This document shows, in pieces, positions 1-8,337 of a stretch of DNA of 50,163 nucleotides; position 1 is the first letter of the stretch, and each line of letters opens with the position of its first letter. Location of the stretch: assembly GCA_041494685.1 (NCBI GenBank), contig JBGQBE010000021.1, positions 1 to 50,163 on the forward strand, written 5' to 3'. The translations under genes and the position numbers were made by a program. A model generated the notes under the pieces. That model searched no databases and was not told the DNA's origin. It saw only the letters and a list, made by a program, of their open reading frames with translations. The DNA is from Dehalococcoidia bacterium. Its GTDB lineage: Bacteria > Chloroflexota > Dehalococcoidia > DSTF01 > JACRBR01.

Positions 1-847
1 ACCGCTGGAACTTCGAGAAGTCGGGCTTCCGCTTCTCGACGAAGGCGTCGCGTCCTTCTTTCGCCTCTTCGGTCAGGTAGTAGAGCAGCGTCGCGTCGCC
101 CGCGAGCTGCTGGATGCCGGCGAGGCCGTCGGTGTCAGCGTTGAACGCGGCTTTCAGGAAGCGCAGCGCTGTCGGGCTCATCTGCAGCATCTCGCGCGCC
201 CACTCGACCGTCACTTCCTCCAGCGCCTCCAGCGGTACGACGGTGTTGACCAGCCCCATCTCCAGCGCATCCTTCGCGGAGTATTGCCGGCAGAGATACC
301 AGATCTCGCGCGCCTTCTTGTGCCCGACGATGCGCGCCAGCAGCGTCGCGCCGTACCCGGCATCGAAGCTGCCGACCTTCGGGCCGGTCTGCCCGAAGAC
401 CGCGTTTTCGGCCGCGATCGTCAGGTCGCAGACCAGGTGCAGCACGTGGCCGCCGCCGATCGCGTAGCCGGCCACCATCGCGACGACGGGCTTCGGCAGC
501 GTGCGAATCTGGCGCTGCAACTCCAGCACGTTGAGGCGCGGCACGCCGTCGTGCCCCACGTAGCCGCCGTCGCCGCGCACACGCTGGTCGCCGCCGGAGC
601 AGAACGCGTGGTCGCCCGCGCCGGTCAGGACGACGACGCCGATCCGCGGGTCTTCCTGCGCGTCGGCGAACGCCGCCTTCATCTCGAACAGCGTCTGGGG
701 CCGGAACGCGTTGCGCACTTCCGGCCGGTTGATGGTGATCTTGGCGATGCCCTCGGCCTTGTCGTAGAGGATGTCGCCATAGGTCGCGGCGGACTGCCAC
801 GTTACCGCCGGGCGGATGATTCCGGCTGCTTGCTCTGTTGCAGACAT
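1..847 (-). CDS. menB: 1,4-dihydroxy-2-naphthoyl-CoA synthase (3' end runs off the window)
   Basis: Manual translation from ATG at 847: MSATEQ...[17 protein letters not shown]...[11 protein letters not shown]...[12 protein letters not shown]...[18 protein letters not shown]...GSFDAGYG...[14 protein letters not shown]. Absent from the ORF track because there is no stop in the window. Confidence 0.97.
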   Translation of the reverse strand, partial: MSATEQAAGIIRPAVTWQSAATYGDILYDKAEGIAKITINRPEVRNAFRPQTLFEMKAAFADAQEDPRIGVVVLTGAGDHAFCSGGDQRVRGDGGYVGHDGVPRLNVLELQRQIRTLPKPVVAMVAGYAIGGGHVLHLVCDLTIAAENAVFGQTGPKVGSFDAGYGATLLARIVGHKKAREIWYLCRQYSAKDALEMGLVNTVVPLEALEEVTVEWAREMLQMSPTALRFLKAAFNADTDGLAGIQQLAGDATLLYYLTEEAKEGRDAFVEKRKPDFSKFQR

Positions 848-1653
848 GTGACCAGGAACTCCTTTACCAGTGACGCGAACGCCGCTGACTGCTCAAGGTG
901 CACCGCGTGACCGGCGCCTTCCACGATCTCGACGCGCGCCCGCGGGATGCGCCCGCCCATCGCCCGCGCCAGTTCTCGGTACTTCGCATCGTCCTCGCCC
1001 GCGACCATGAGGACGGGCATCGCCAGCTCGCCCAGCCGCGCGAGCGTCGGCCGTTGCGCACCTGCGCCCATGCCGCGCAGGCTGTTTGCGAGCCCGCCCG
1101 GCCGATTTCGGAGGCGCTGCTGCCGAAGCCGCAGCCGCACGTCATCGGGCAGCCGCGACTGCGTCGCGAAGAGCGGCAGCGCCTGCCAGCGGTCGACGAA
1201 CGCCTCCAGGCCGGCGCGCTCGATGCTCTCCGCCAGCGCCCGGTCGGACGCGACACGGGCTGCGCGCTCGGCGGGATCGTCGATGCCCGGCGACGCGCTC
1301 TCGAGCACCAGCGCGGCGACGCGCTCCGGCGCCGCGAGCGCGAGGTGCAGCGCCACCCGCCCGCCCATCGAATACCCGAGCACGACCGCGCGGCCGCCGC
1401 ACTCCGCATCGATCAGCGCGCCCAGGTCGGCGACGCAGCGCTCCATCGTGTAGCGCGTCTCATCATCGGGCGCCGCCGATGCGCCGTGGCCGATCAGGTC
1501 CACAGCGACGGTGCGAAACCCGGGCCACGCCACTTCCAACGGGCGCCACGTCGCCGCGCTGCCGGTGAAGCCGTGCAGCAGCAGCAGCACCGGAACGCCA
1601 TCGCCGGCGACCTCCACGTTGAGTTGCAGGCCGTTCACGTCTACCAGCGGCAT
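802..1653 (-). CDS. menH: SHCHC synthase (alpha/beta hydrolase)
   Basis: [29 protein letters not shown] motifs; ATG at 1653 overlaps the menD stop (TGATG); lies between menD and menB. Confidence 0.93.
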   Translation of the reverse strand: MPLVDVNGLQLNVEVAGDGVPVLLLLHGFTGSAATWRPLEVAWPGFRTVAVDLIGHGASAAPDDETRYTMERCVADLGALIDAECGGRAVVLGYSMGGRVALHLALAAPERVAALVLESASPGIDDPAERAARVASDRALAESIERAGLEAFVDRWQALPLFATQSRLPDDVRLRLRQQRLRNRPGGLANSLRGMGAGAQRPTLARLGELAMPVLMVAGEDDAKYRELARAMGGRIPRARVEIVEGAGHAVHLEQSAAFASLVKEFLVTCLQQSKQPESSARR

Positions 1654-3398
1654 CACGTACCACCTGACGTCGCGTCCGCGACCTCGCGCCAGAGGGCGCG
1701 GTGCAGCGCAACGTTCGCCGCGCGGTCCGTCACCACTTCGATCACCTGCACCCCGCGCGACGCGATGCTGCGTGCGACCGCCGCCCGGAACGCGCTCCGG
1801 TCCGCGGCGCGCTCGTAGCCGACGCCGTACAGCTCGCACGCGGCGCGGAATTGCAGTCCGTGCGGCGTGCCGAACAGCTCCTCGAACTGCTGCGGGTGCT
1901 CCGCCTGCGGCAAGAACGAGAAGATGCCGCCGCCGTCGTTGTTCACCAGCACGATCGTCGCGTCCATGCCGTGCCGCTTCGCGGCGAGCAGGCCGTTCAT
2001 GTCGTGGTAGAACGACAGGTCGCCGATCACAAGCACCAGCGGCCCATCGGAGACGGCGCTGGCGCCCAGCGCGCTGGACACGACTCCGTCGATGCCATTG
2101 GCGCCCCGGTTCGCCAGGCAGCGCAGGGCGCATGGCCCGGCCGGGAAGAACGTGTCGAGATCGCGCACGGGCATGCTGTTGCCCGCATACAGCGTCGCGC
2201 CGTCGGGCAACACCGCCGCGAGATCGCGGAACACGGCCGGCTCGCTGATCGCGCCGTCGCGGTCGAGGTACGCGCCCATCGCGTCGCGCGCGCGCGCCGA
2301 AAGCGACGACCATGTCCGCGCCCAGCCGCCCGGGTCGCGCGCCGCGCCGAACTCCGCCGCCAGCACCGCAGAGAACGACGCCGGCTCCGCGTGGTAGACC
2401 GCCGACGCCGTGTGCATGGGATCCGGCCACAGCGCATCATCGATGACGATCTGCGGCACGTCGGCGTGGCGTTGCAGGAACTGCGTCAGCGGCTTCGAGG
2501 TCGGCGGCGCGCCGAAGCGCAGCACGATGTCCGGCCGCAGGCGCTCGGCCAGCGACGTCTCGCGCAGAAAGGCGTCGTACGCGTCAATGACAAGCTCGCG
2601 CTGGTGCGGCCCGCAGCGCACGAGCGACAGCGGATCCGCCAGCAGCGGGTACCCGAGCGCGCGCGCCAGCGCAGCGGCGGCGCCGGCCAGCGCCGGATCG
2701 TCCTGCGGGCCGCAGACGATGATGCCGTCCGGCGCGTCGCGCAGTCGCCCGGTCAGGCCCGCAACGTCCGCACGCGCGGCGCGGCGCGGCGCGCTTACCG
2801 TCGTGATCGCCCGCGTGGCGTCACCGCGTTGCGCTGTCCCGTCAAGCGCCGGGATCAGCGGCTCGCGGAACGGGAAGTTGAGATGCACCGGCCCCGCGGG
2901 CGCCTCCCGCGCCACCATTGCCGCGCGCGCGGCGACGGTGCGGGCGTGGCGGGCGGCGGCGTCAGTCGCTTCGGGCAGCGGCATCTCCAGCCACCACTTG
3001 GCGTGGCTGCCGTACAGGTTCACCTGGTCGATCGTCTGCGGCGCCGCGAGGTCGCGCATCTCCGGCGGCCGATCCGCCGTCAGCACCACCAGCGGCACGC
3101 GCGCGTACCGCGCCTCCGCCACCGCGGGCGCGAAGTTCGCCGCCGCGGTGCCGGACGTCGCCAGCAGCGCGACGGGCCGGCGCGACGCCTTCGCCATGCC
3201 AAGCGCGAAGTACGACGCGGAGCGTTCGTCGAGGTGCATCCACACCCGCACGCCCGGATGCGCGTGCAGCAGCATCGCCAGCGGCGTCGAGCGCGAGCCG
3301 GGGCACACGCACGCGTCGGTGACGCCGGCGCGCGCCAGTTCGTCGACGAACGCGCCGACAGTGACATCGAGCGCGTTCGCGATCGTGGTCTCGATCAT
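1653..3398 (-). CDS. menD: SEPHCHC synthase
   Basis: CPGSRSTPLA, DERSASYFALG, TSGTAAAN, TADRPPE, GNSMPVRD, NRGANGIDG, GDLSFYHD, NNDGGGIF; ATG at 3398 overlaps the menF stop. Confidence 0.97.
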   Translation of the reverse strand: MIETTIANALDVTVGAFVDELARAGVTDACVCPGSRSTPLAMLLHAHPGVRVWMHLDERSASYFALGMAKASRRPVALLATSGTAAANFAPAVAEARYARVPLVVLTADRPPEMRDLAAPQTIDQVNLYGSHAKWWLEMPLPEATDAAARHARTVAARAAMVAREAPAGPVHLNFPFREPLIPALDGTAQRGDATRAITTVSAPRRAARADVAGLTGRLRDAPDGIIVCGPQDDPALAGAAAALARALGYPLLADPLSLVRCGPHQRELVIDAYDAFLRETSLAERLRPDIVLRFGAPPTSKPLTQFLQRHADVPQIVIDDALWPDPMHTASAVYHAEPASFSAVLAAEFGAARDPGGWARTWSSLSARARDAMGAYLDRDGAISEPAVFRDLAAVLPDGATLYAGNSMPVRDLDTFFPAGPCALRCLANRGANGIDGVVSSALGASAVSDGPLVLVIGDLSFYHDMNGLLAAKRHGMDATIVLVNNDGGGIFSFLPQAEHPQQFEELFGTPHGLQFRAACELYGVGYERAADRSAFRAAVARSIASRGVQVIEVVTDRAANVALHRALWREVADATSGGT

Positions 3399-4783
3399 GA
3401 CTGGCCCAGCGCCCACAGCATCGGCCTCAGCTTCATCGATGACTCTTCGAACTCTCGCGCGGGATCAGAGCCCGCCACGATGCCGCAGCCGGCGAACAGC
3501 CGCGCCTCGTCGCCGCGGATCAGGCCGGACCGGATCGCGACGACGAACTCGCCGTCGCCGCCCGCGTCCATCCAGCCCACCGGCCCGGCGTACCAGCCGC
3601 GATCGAACGGCTCATGCTCGTGGATCAGGCGCAGCGCCTCCGCACGCGGCGTGCCGCCGACGGCCGGCGTCGGGTGCAGGCGCTCGACGAGGTCCAGCAC
3701 TGACGCCTCGTGGTCGAGCGTACCTTCGACCGGCGTGGAGAGGTGCTGCACGTTCGGCATGCGCAGCAGCACCGGCTCCGCCGGCACGTCCAGGTCGCGG
3801 CAGAGCGGCCGCAGCGCGTCCGTGATCGCGCGCACGACGAGCTGATGCTCGCGGCGCTCCTTCGCGTCGGCGAGCAGCGCGGCTCCCTGCGCCGCGTCAT
3901 CCTGCTCGTCCGCGCCCCGCCGCGCGGACCCGGCGAGGCACATCGCGCGGACCCGCCGGCCTTCGACGCGTACCAGCCGCTCCGGCGTCGCGCCGATGAA
4001 GCACGCGCCGCCGCGACGGAAGGCGAAGACCGTGGTCGCCGGGAAGCCTCGCCGCAGCCGTGCCAGCGCCTCCGTTTCGTCAACGGCCTGCTGAGAGCGG
4101 AGCGCGACCTCGCGCGCAAGGACGACTTTCTCGACGCGGCCGGTCTCGATCTCGGCGGTAAGCGCCGTGACCGCCCTGCCCCACGCGTCGGCGCTGACCG
4201 TGTCACGCTGGCCCATAGGTACCGGCGCTGAAGCCGGCGAGGGCAGTGCTCCGGGGGTTTCGAGCAGCGCTGATATGGGGAACCGCACATCGTCCGCGGC
4301 CTGCCCGGGCTGCACCATGACGCTCAGCGTCACGCGCGCACGGCCGCCGTCGCAGCGATACAACAACTCCGGCACGGTGAGCGCGCCGTCGCCGAACGCG
4401 GACCAGTGCGCCGCGCGCTCGCCGTCCGCGGCGAACGCGAACCCGGCCAGCGCGACGATGTCGCGCCGGTCGCCCGCGATCGCTCCGCCGGCGAGCGCCC
4501 GCCAGGCAGCCGCTGCATCTGAGAAGCGGCGCGGGCCGCGCAGCGTCACGGACGTCGCAGCACCGACGGCGACGAGCGCGCGACCGTGCGATGGCTGCTC
4601 CCAATACACCGCGTCGCGCCCCAGCGCTGCCGACTGCCGGTAGAGGCGCAGCGCGTCGAGCACATCGGCGTCGCAGGCGTAGCTCAACAGCACCGGCTCG
4701 CGCCGGCGCGCCGCTTCCGCGCACGCGCGCGCGGCAAGCTCGCTGTACTCTTCCGCCGCCGGCCGCGGTTGCAGGATGATCAT
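3395..4783 (-). CDS. menF: Isochorismate synthase
   Basis: KVVLAR, GATPERL, KERREH, NVQHLST, LHPTPAVGG, RGWYAGPVGW, AGCGIV; men operon context. Confidence 0.93.
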   Translation of the reverse strand: MIILQPRPAAEEYSELAARACAEAARRREPVLLSYACDADVLDALRLYRQSAALGRDAVYWEQPSHGRALVAVGAATSVTLRGPRRFSDAAAAWRALAGGAIAGDRRDIVALAGFAFAADGERAAHWSAFGDGALTVPELLYRCDGGRARVTLSVMVQPGQAADDVRFPISALLETPGALPSPASAPVPMGQRDTVSADAWGRAVTALTAEIETGRVEKVVLAREVALRSQQAVDETEALARLRRGFPATTVFAFRRGGACFIGATPERLVRVEGRRVRAMCLAGSARRGADEQDDAAQGAALLADAKERREHQLVVRAITDALRPLCRDLDVPAEPVLLRMPNVQHLSTPVEGTLDHEASVLDLVERLHPTPAVGGTPRAEALRLIHEHEPFDRGWYAGPVGWMDAGGDGEFVVAIRSGLIRGDEARLFAGCGIVAGSDPAREFEESSMKLRPMLWALGQS

Positions 4784-5412
4784 CGGCGTCCTCCGGCGGC
4801 GTCACCGCGCTCGGGTGGCAGTTCAGCGCCCACGCTGCGGAAGATCAGCGGGCGCAGCAAGGCGTACGACTCCTCAAGCGGTTTCGGATGGTCGGTCAAC
4901 AGCCAGTGCGTGATGATCTCGTTGAGCGCGCCGAACCAGACGCGCCCCGCCAGTTCCGTATCGACGGAGGCGATCGCGCCGGAGAGCACCGCGTCATCGA
5001 GATGGAACTTGATGACGCCGATGAACAGCTCGTGGATCTCCATCAGGCGGGCGTGGAACTCGCGGCCGCCGCCGTACGCTTCGATGAGGAACAGCCGCGC
5101 CAGCGCCCGGTGGCCGCCGAACGTGCGCAGCACGACGTGCAGGCCCGCTTCGGCCTTCGCCACGGGCTCGCTCTCGCGCGTGATCGCTTCCTCGACGCGA
5201 TCCAGCAGCCGCCGCGCCGCGCGATCCATGAGCGCCAGGAAGATGGCTTGCTTGCCGGGGAAATGGAAGTAGACGCCGCCCTTCGACGTGTCGGACGCGT
5301 CGGCAATCTCGTCGACGGAGCTGTCGTGGTAGCCCTTGCGCGAGAAGATTTTGAGCGCGGCATCCAGGATGCGGCTGTGGCGTTGCTCGGCGCGTTGTTG
5401 TTCGAATTTCAT
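4780..5412 (-). CDS. TetR/AcrR-family transcriptional regulator, first gene of the men operon
   Basis: N-terminal HTH ILDAALKIFSRKGYHDSSVDEIA...SKGGVYFHFPGK; stop overlaps the menF ATG (ATGA). Confidence 0.93.
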   Translation of the reverse strand: MKFEQQRAEQRHSRILDAALKIFSRKGYHDSSVDEIADASDTSKGGVYFHFPGKQAIFLALMDRAARRLLDRVEEAITRESEPVAKAEAGLHVVLRTFGGHRALARLFLIEAYGGGREFHARLMEIHELFIGVIKFHLDDAVLSGAIASVDTELAGRVWFGALNEIITHWLLTDHPKPLEESYALLRPLIFRSVGAELPPERGDAAGGRR

Positions 5413-5420
5413 GCTAGACT
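5412..5420 (+). promoter_or_regulatory. Extended -10 element (TGcTAGACT), putative menG promoter
   Basis: TG-N-TAGACT at 5412-5420, pointing into the operator. Confidence 0.5.
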
Positions 5421-5423
5421 AAA

Positions 5424-5441
5424 ACCGACTGACACGTCGGT
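5424..5441. promoter_or_regulatory. Palindromic operator ACCGAC-N6-GTCGGT, putative TetR site
   Basis: Perfect 6-bp inverted repeat in the tetR/menG intergenic region. Confidence 0.65.
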
Positions 5442-5452
5442 CGCTTTATGGA

Positions 5453-5481
5453 AGCCTAGCAGCCCACCCATCTCGCGGCAA
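5453..5481 (-). promoter_or_regulatory. Sigma70-type promoter of tetR-menFDHB
   Basis: Minus strand TTGCCG-17 nt-TAGGCT with an extended TG. Confidence 0.6.
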
Positions 5482-5503
5482 TGCCGCGCACGCATACCGA
5501 GTG

Positions 5504-6238
5504 ATGGCCATGCAGCACCCGGCGAACGCCCCCGATTCACCGCCCGACGAGGTCCCCGGCCAACGCGCGCGCCAGATCCAGGGCATGTTCGGTCGCATTG
5601 TCCCGCGCTACGACCGGATGAACCGGATCATGAGCTTCGGCATGGACGGCGGCTGGCGCCGCATGGCCGCCAGGACCGCCGACGTGCGCGGGAAGCGCGT
5701 GCTGGACCTGGGTACGGGCACCGGCGACATGGCGCGCGAACTCGTGCGGCGCGGCGCGGCATCGGTGACGGGCGCCGACTTCAGCCCGGCGATGCTGACG
5801 CTGGCGGCGAGCCGCACCCGCGGCGACGCACCGTGCACCTGGCTGGCCGCCGACGCGATCCGGCTGCCGTTCGCCGACGCCAGCTTCGACCGCGTCACGA
5901 ACGCCTTCCTGCTGCGGAACCTGGTCGACCTGCCGGCGGCGTTCCGCGAGATGGCGCGCGTGCTGCGGCCGGGCGGACGGCTCGTCTGCCTGGACATGAC
6001 GCCGCCGCCCCGGGGCGCATTCACGGCGCTCTACCGGCTGTACTTCAACCGCATCATGCCGCCGATCGCCGGATTCCTCAGCGGCGACCGGGCGGCCTAC
6101 CGCTACCTGCCGAACTCGCTCACCGGATTCCCGGACGCCGACGCGCTCTCGAACATGCTGCGGGAAGCAGGCTTCCGCACCGCGCGATACCGCCGGCTCG
6201 GCGGTGGCGCTGTCGCCCTGCACGACGCGGAGCGATAG
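5504..6238 (+). CDS. menG: Demethylmenaquinone methyltransferase (UbiE/MenG)
   Basis: MFGRIVPRYDRMNRIMSFGMDGGWRR, VLDLGTGTGD, LPFADASFD, RVLRPGG, AYRYLPNS; divergent from the men operon. Start could be 5501, 5504 or 5510. Confidence 0.9.
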   Translation: MAMQHPANAPDSPPDEVPGQRARQIQGMFGRIVPRYDRMNRIMSFGMDGGWRRMAARTADVRGKRVLDLGTGTGDMARELVRRGAASVTGADFSPAMLTLAASRTRGDAPCTWLAADAIRLPFADASFDRVTNAFLLRNLVDLPAAFREMARVLRPGGRLVCLDMTPPPRGAFTALYRLYFNRIMPPIAGFLSGDRAAYRYLPNSLTGFPDADALSNMLREAGFRTARYRRLGGGAVALHDAER

Positions 6239-6262
6239 GCCTCGCATCACCACAACGCCCTG

Positions 6263-7810
6263 CTAGGGTGCCGGACGATACTTCGCGCGCTGATCCCAGC
6301 GGCCCCACACCGCCTGCACCAGCGTGGAATAGATGAACGCCGCGGCGAGCGCTACAGCCGCCGCCACGACAAGCGGCGTGAAGACATGTTTGTCGAGCCA
6401 GTCGGATAGCGGCACGTGAAGGCGGCTCGCGACATCGCTGGCGCGAGGCATGATCCACACAGCGGCGCCCGTCCAGGCGACGGCGACAAACACCACTGGC
6501 ATGGCAGCCCATGCCAGGAACTTCGCCAGGGCGAGCGCCGCTACGCGCCGCTTGCGGGCCGGCGCATCCAACCGCAACTCATCGTGTGCCTGGCCGCCCA
6601 GGACGCGGTCCAGCATCGGCGCGATCACCTGCTCGGCATTGTCCCAATACGCCGTGTGATCGGAGAACACGTCCATCTGGTTTGTCACTTCGATGTCCTC
6701 CGGCTGCGTGGCGCGAATCGCGGCGGCGGCCAGAGGATCGACCGGGAACTGCAGCGGGCCCAGCGCCACCGGGTCGAACTGCGCACGGATGTTGACCCAG
6801 CGGGCGCAGTTCGGAAGCGGGCGGGCGAAGCGGAACTCCTCGTCTCCGGGCGTGACATCCCAGGCGAGGTTCAGGGCGCTGCCGACGGTAAACAGGTGGA
6901 GCGCCGGACGGAGGGGCACGGTGCTGTCGCGAGGGCGAAAGTGCCGGTCCAGCGCGTCCTTCATCCGGCTCCCGGTCATCGCTTCGTACGCGACGACGCT
7001 CCCCATCGAATGAGCGACGACGAACGCCGCATCTGCGCGGGGTTCGTCGTCAGTCGGCGCGATCTCCTCCATGAGCTGGTACAGCCGCTCTTCGAAACGG
7101 ACGCGAATGCGCGCGGCGTTCCAGGGATCTTGCATGTAGATCCACATGTCCCCGATCTGGCGCGTAGCGATGTTCGTGAGCCAGAGCAGCGGCTTGGTGA
7201 TCCACGTGGGCAGCAGTGCCCGCAATCCCGCTTTGTCGATGACCACCGCGAGGACCAGCACCGACACCAGCGGCAACGCGAGCAATGCGGCAGCAACGTC
7301 CACGATGGCGCGTTCGAGCAGCAACGGAACATCGAGCAGCGAGCTGCGATGGCCGAGACGCCGGAACGGGCCAAGCAGCGCGCGCAAGATCGTGCCGCGG
7401 CTTTTCGTCCCTGGCGTCCTCAGATCGCGCGTGATCCCGGCCCGGCCGAATCGAACGACGCCGCCCAGGAAGTCACTGAGCGAGCACTCGTTGAAGCACT
7501 GCGCCCACCACGCCTCCATCATCCGCAACTCATACTGGAGGCCGTCGTGTTTGAACCAGATCCGCCCTTCGGCAGCTCCGTCTTCGTCGATCGGCGTGAT
7601 GGCCACACCGGCGCCCGGGTCGACGCGATGGCGGATGAGGAGCAGGAAAGCTCCCATAAGGTGCTGAAGCGTCGAGCCGCGCGGTTGCTCGCCGATGCCG
7701 TGTACGACAAGCCCGACGACGCGCCGATCGACATGGGCACGCTGGAGCGCGGGGCCGGCAGCGGAAGGGACAGGATCACTCACGGCGGTACCAGCCTGAC
7801 CAAACATCAC
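6263..7810 (-). CDS. Membrane-embedded alpha/beta-hydrolase-like protein (hydrolase A)
   Basis: VVHGIGEQ, AHSMGS nucleophile elbow, FDPVA, DHTAYW; hydrophobic segments before and after the catalytic core. Confidence 0.75.
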   Translation of the reverse strand: MMFGQAGTAVSDPVPSAAGPALQRAHVDRRVVGLVVHGIGEQPRGSTLQHLMGAFLLLIRHRVDPGAGVAITPIDEDGAAEGRIWFKHDGLQYELRMMEAWWAQCFNECSLSDFLGGVVRFGRAGITRDLRTPGTKSRGTILRALLGPFRRLGHRSSLLDVPLLLERAIVDVAAALLALPLVSVLVLAVVIDKAGLRALLPTWITKPLLWLTNIATRQIGDMWIYMQDPWNAARIRVRFEERLYQLMEEIAPTDDEPRADAAFVVAHSMGSVVAYEAMTGSRMKDALDRHFRPRDSTVPLRPALHLFTVGSALNLAWDVTPGDEEFRFARPLPNCARWVNIRAQFDPVALGPLQFPVDPLAAAAIRATQPEDIEVTNQMDVFSDHTAYWDNAEQVIAPMLDRVLGGQAHDELRLDAPARKRRVAALALAKFLAWAAMPVVFVAVAWTGAAVWIMPRASDVASRLHVPLSDWLDKHVFTPLVVAAAVALAAAFIYSTLVQAVWGRWDQRAKYRPAP

Positions 7811-7828
7811 GCTTCCGGCCGGGACATG

Positions 7829-8074
7829 TCAGGCGGTGCCCTCGATGGCCGCCCCATCGACCGCACAGAGGTAGGCGCTGTAGCGGTGACGGAACGTGAG
7901 CACGTACGACTGCCCGCTACGCTCGTCGGAACGATGGATCACGCGCCCGATCGTCCACGGAGGGACGCGCCTCCGCTCCAGCACCACGCCGCGCTGCGGG
8001 TCGAACACGCGCGCCCGGCCGAGGCGCACGACGACCTCTTCGCCCTCCACATAGCCGTTGTCGCGTACATCCAC
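7829..8074 (-). CDS. Small hypothetical protein (81 aa, probably beta-rich)
   Basis: GTG start with SD-like AGTGAGG; codirectional with and 18 nt upstream of hydrolase A. Confidence 0.6.
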   Translation of the reverse strand: MDVRDNGYVEGEEVVVRLGRARVFDPQRGVVLERRRVPPWTIGRVIHRSDERSGQSYVLTFRHRYSAYLCAVDGAAIEGTA

Positions 8075-8112
8075 CGCACAGCCTCACTCTTCGTCTGATC
8101 GCCGCTCGTGAG

Positions 8113-8195
8113 GTTCAGATGTGGTGGACGCGTGCCTCGGCCGAGGTGCGGTACTGGCGGTGTGACCGACGAGGCCGCTCCACCATCACCTGAAC
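8113..8195 (-). ncRNA. Putative structured 5' leader or sRNA hairpin
   Basis: About 25-bp stem: GUUCAGGUG-A-UGGUGGA-GCG-GCCUCG pairs with CGAGGC-A-CGC-G-UCCACCA-CAUCUGAAC. Confidence 0.4.
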
Positions 8196-8202
8196 GGCGT
8201 TC

Positions 8203-8235
8203 AGGCTACGCCAGCGATCTTCCCAGATTCTTCCC
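8203..8235 (-). promoter_or_regulatory. SARP-type promoter: GGGAAGA-N4-GGGAAGA direct repeat 9 nt upstream of -10 TAGCCT
   Basis: TCTTCCC at 8218-8224 and 8229-8235 (11-bp period); AGGCTA at 8203-8208; adjacent to a BTAD regulator gene. Confidence 0.55.
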
Positions 8236-8337
8236 CGGACGACGGCGCTTCTACCCAGGCGAGCATGTCACGCGGAGACGATAGAGGGGTACACAGCATT
8301 GTCTCGAGTGGCGCCGGTCGCTGGGGAGGAAGGAGTG

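Noticed and set aside
1654..2430. Long N-terminal extension of menH in the ORF track (similar extensions at 20896, 24347, 31559, 43407, 45679)
   Set aside because: Low-complexity alternative-frame sequence; downstream starts fit the SD or overlap pattern and family N-termini.
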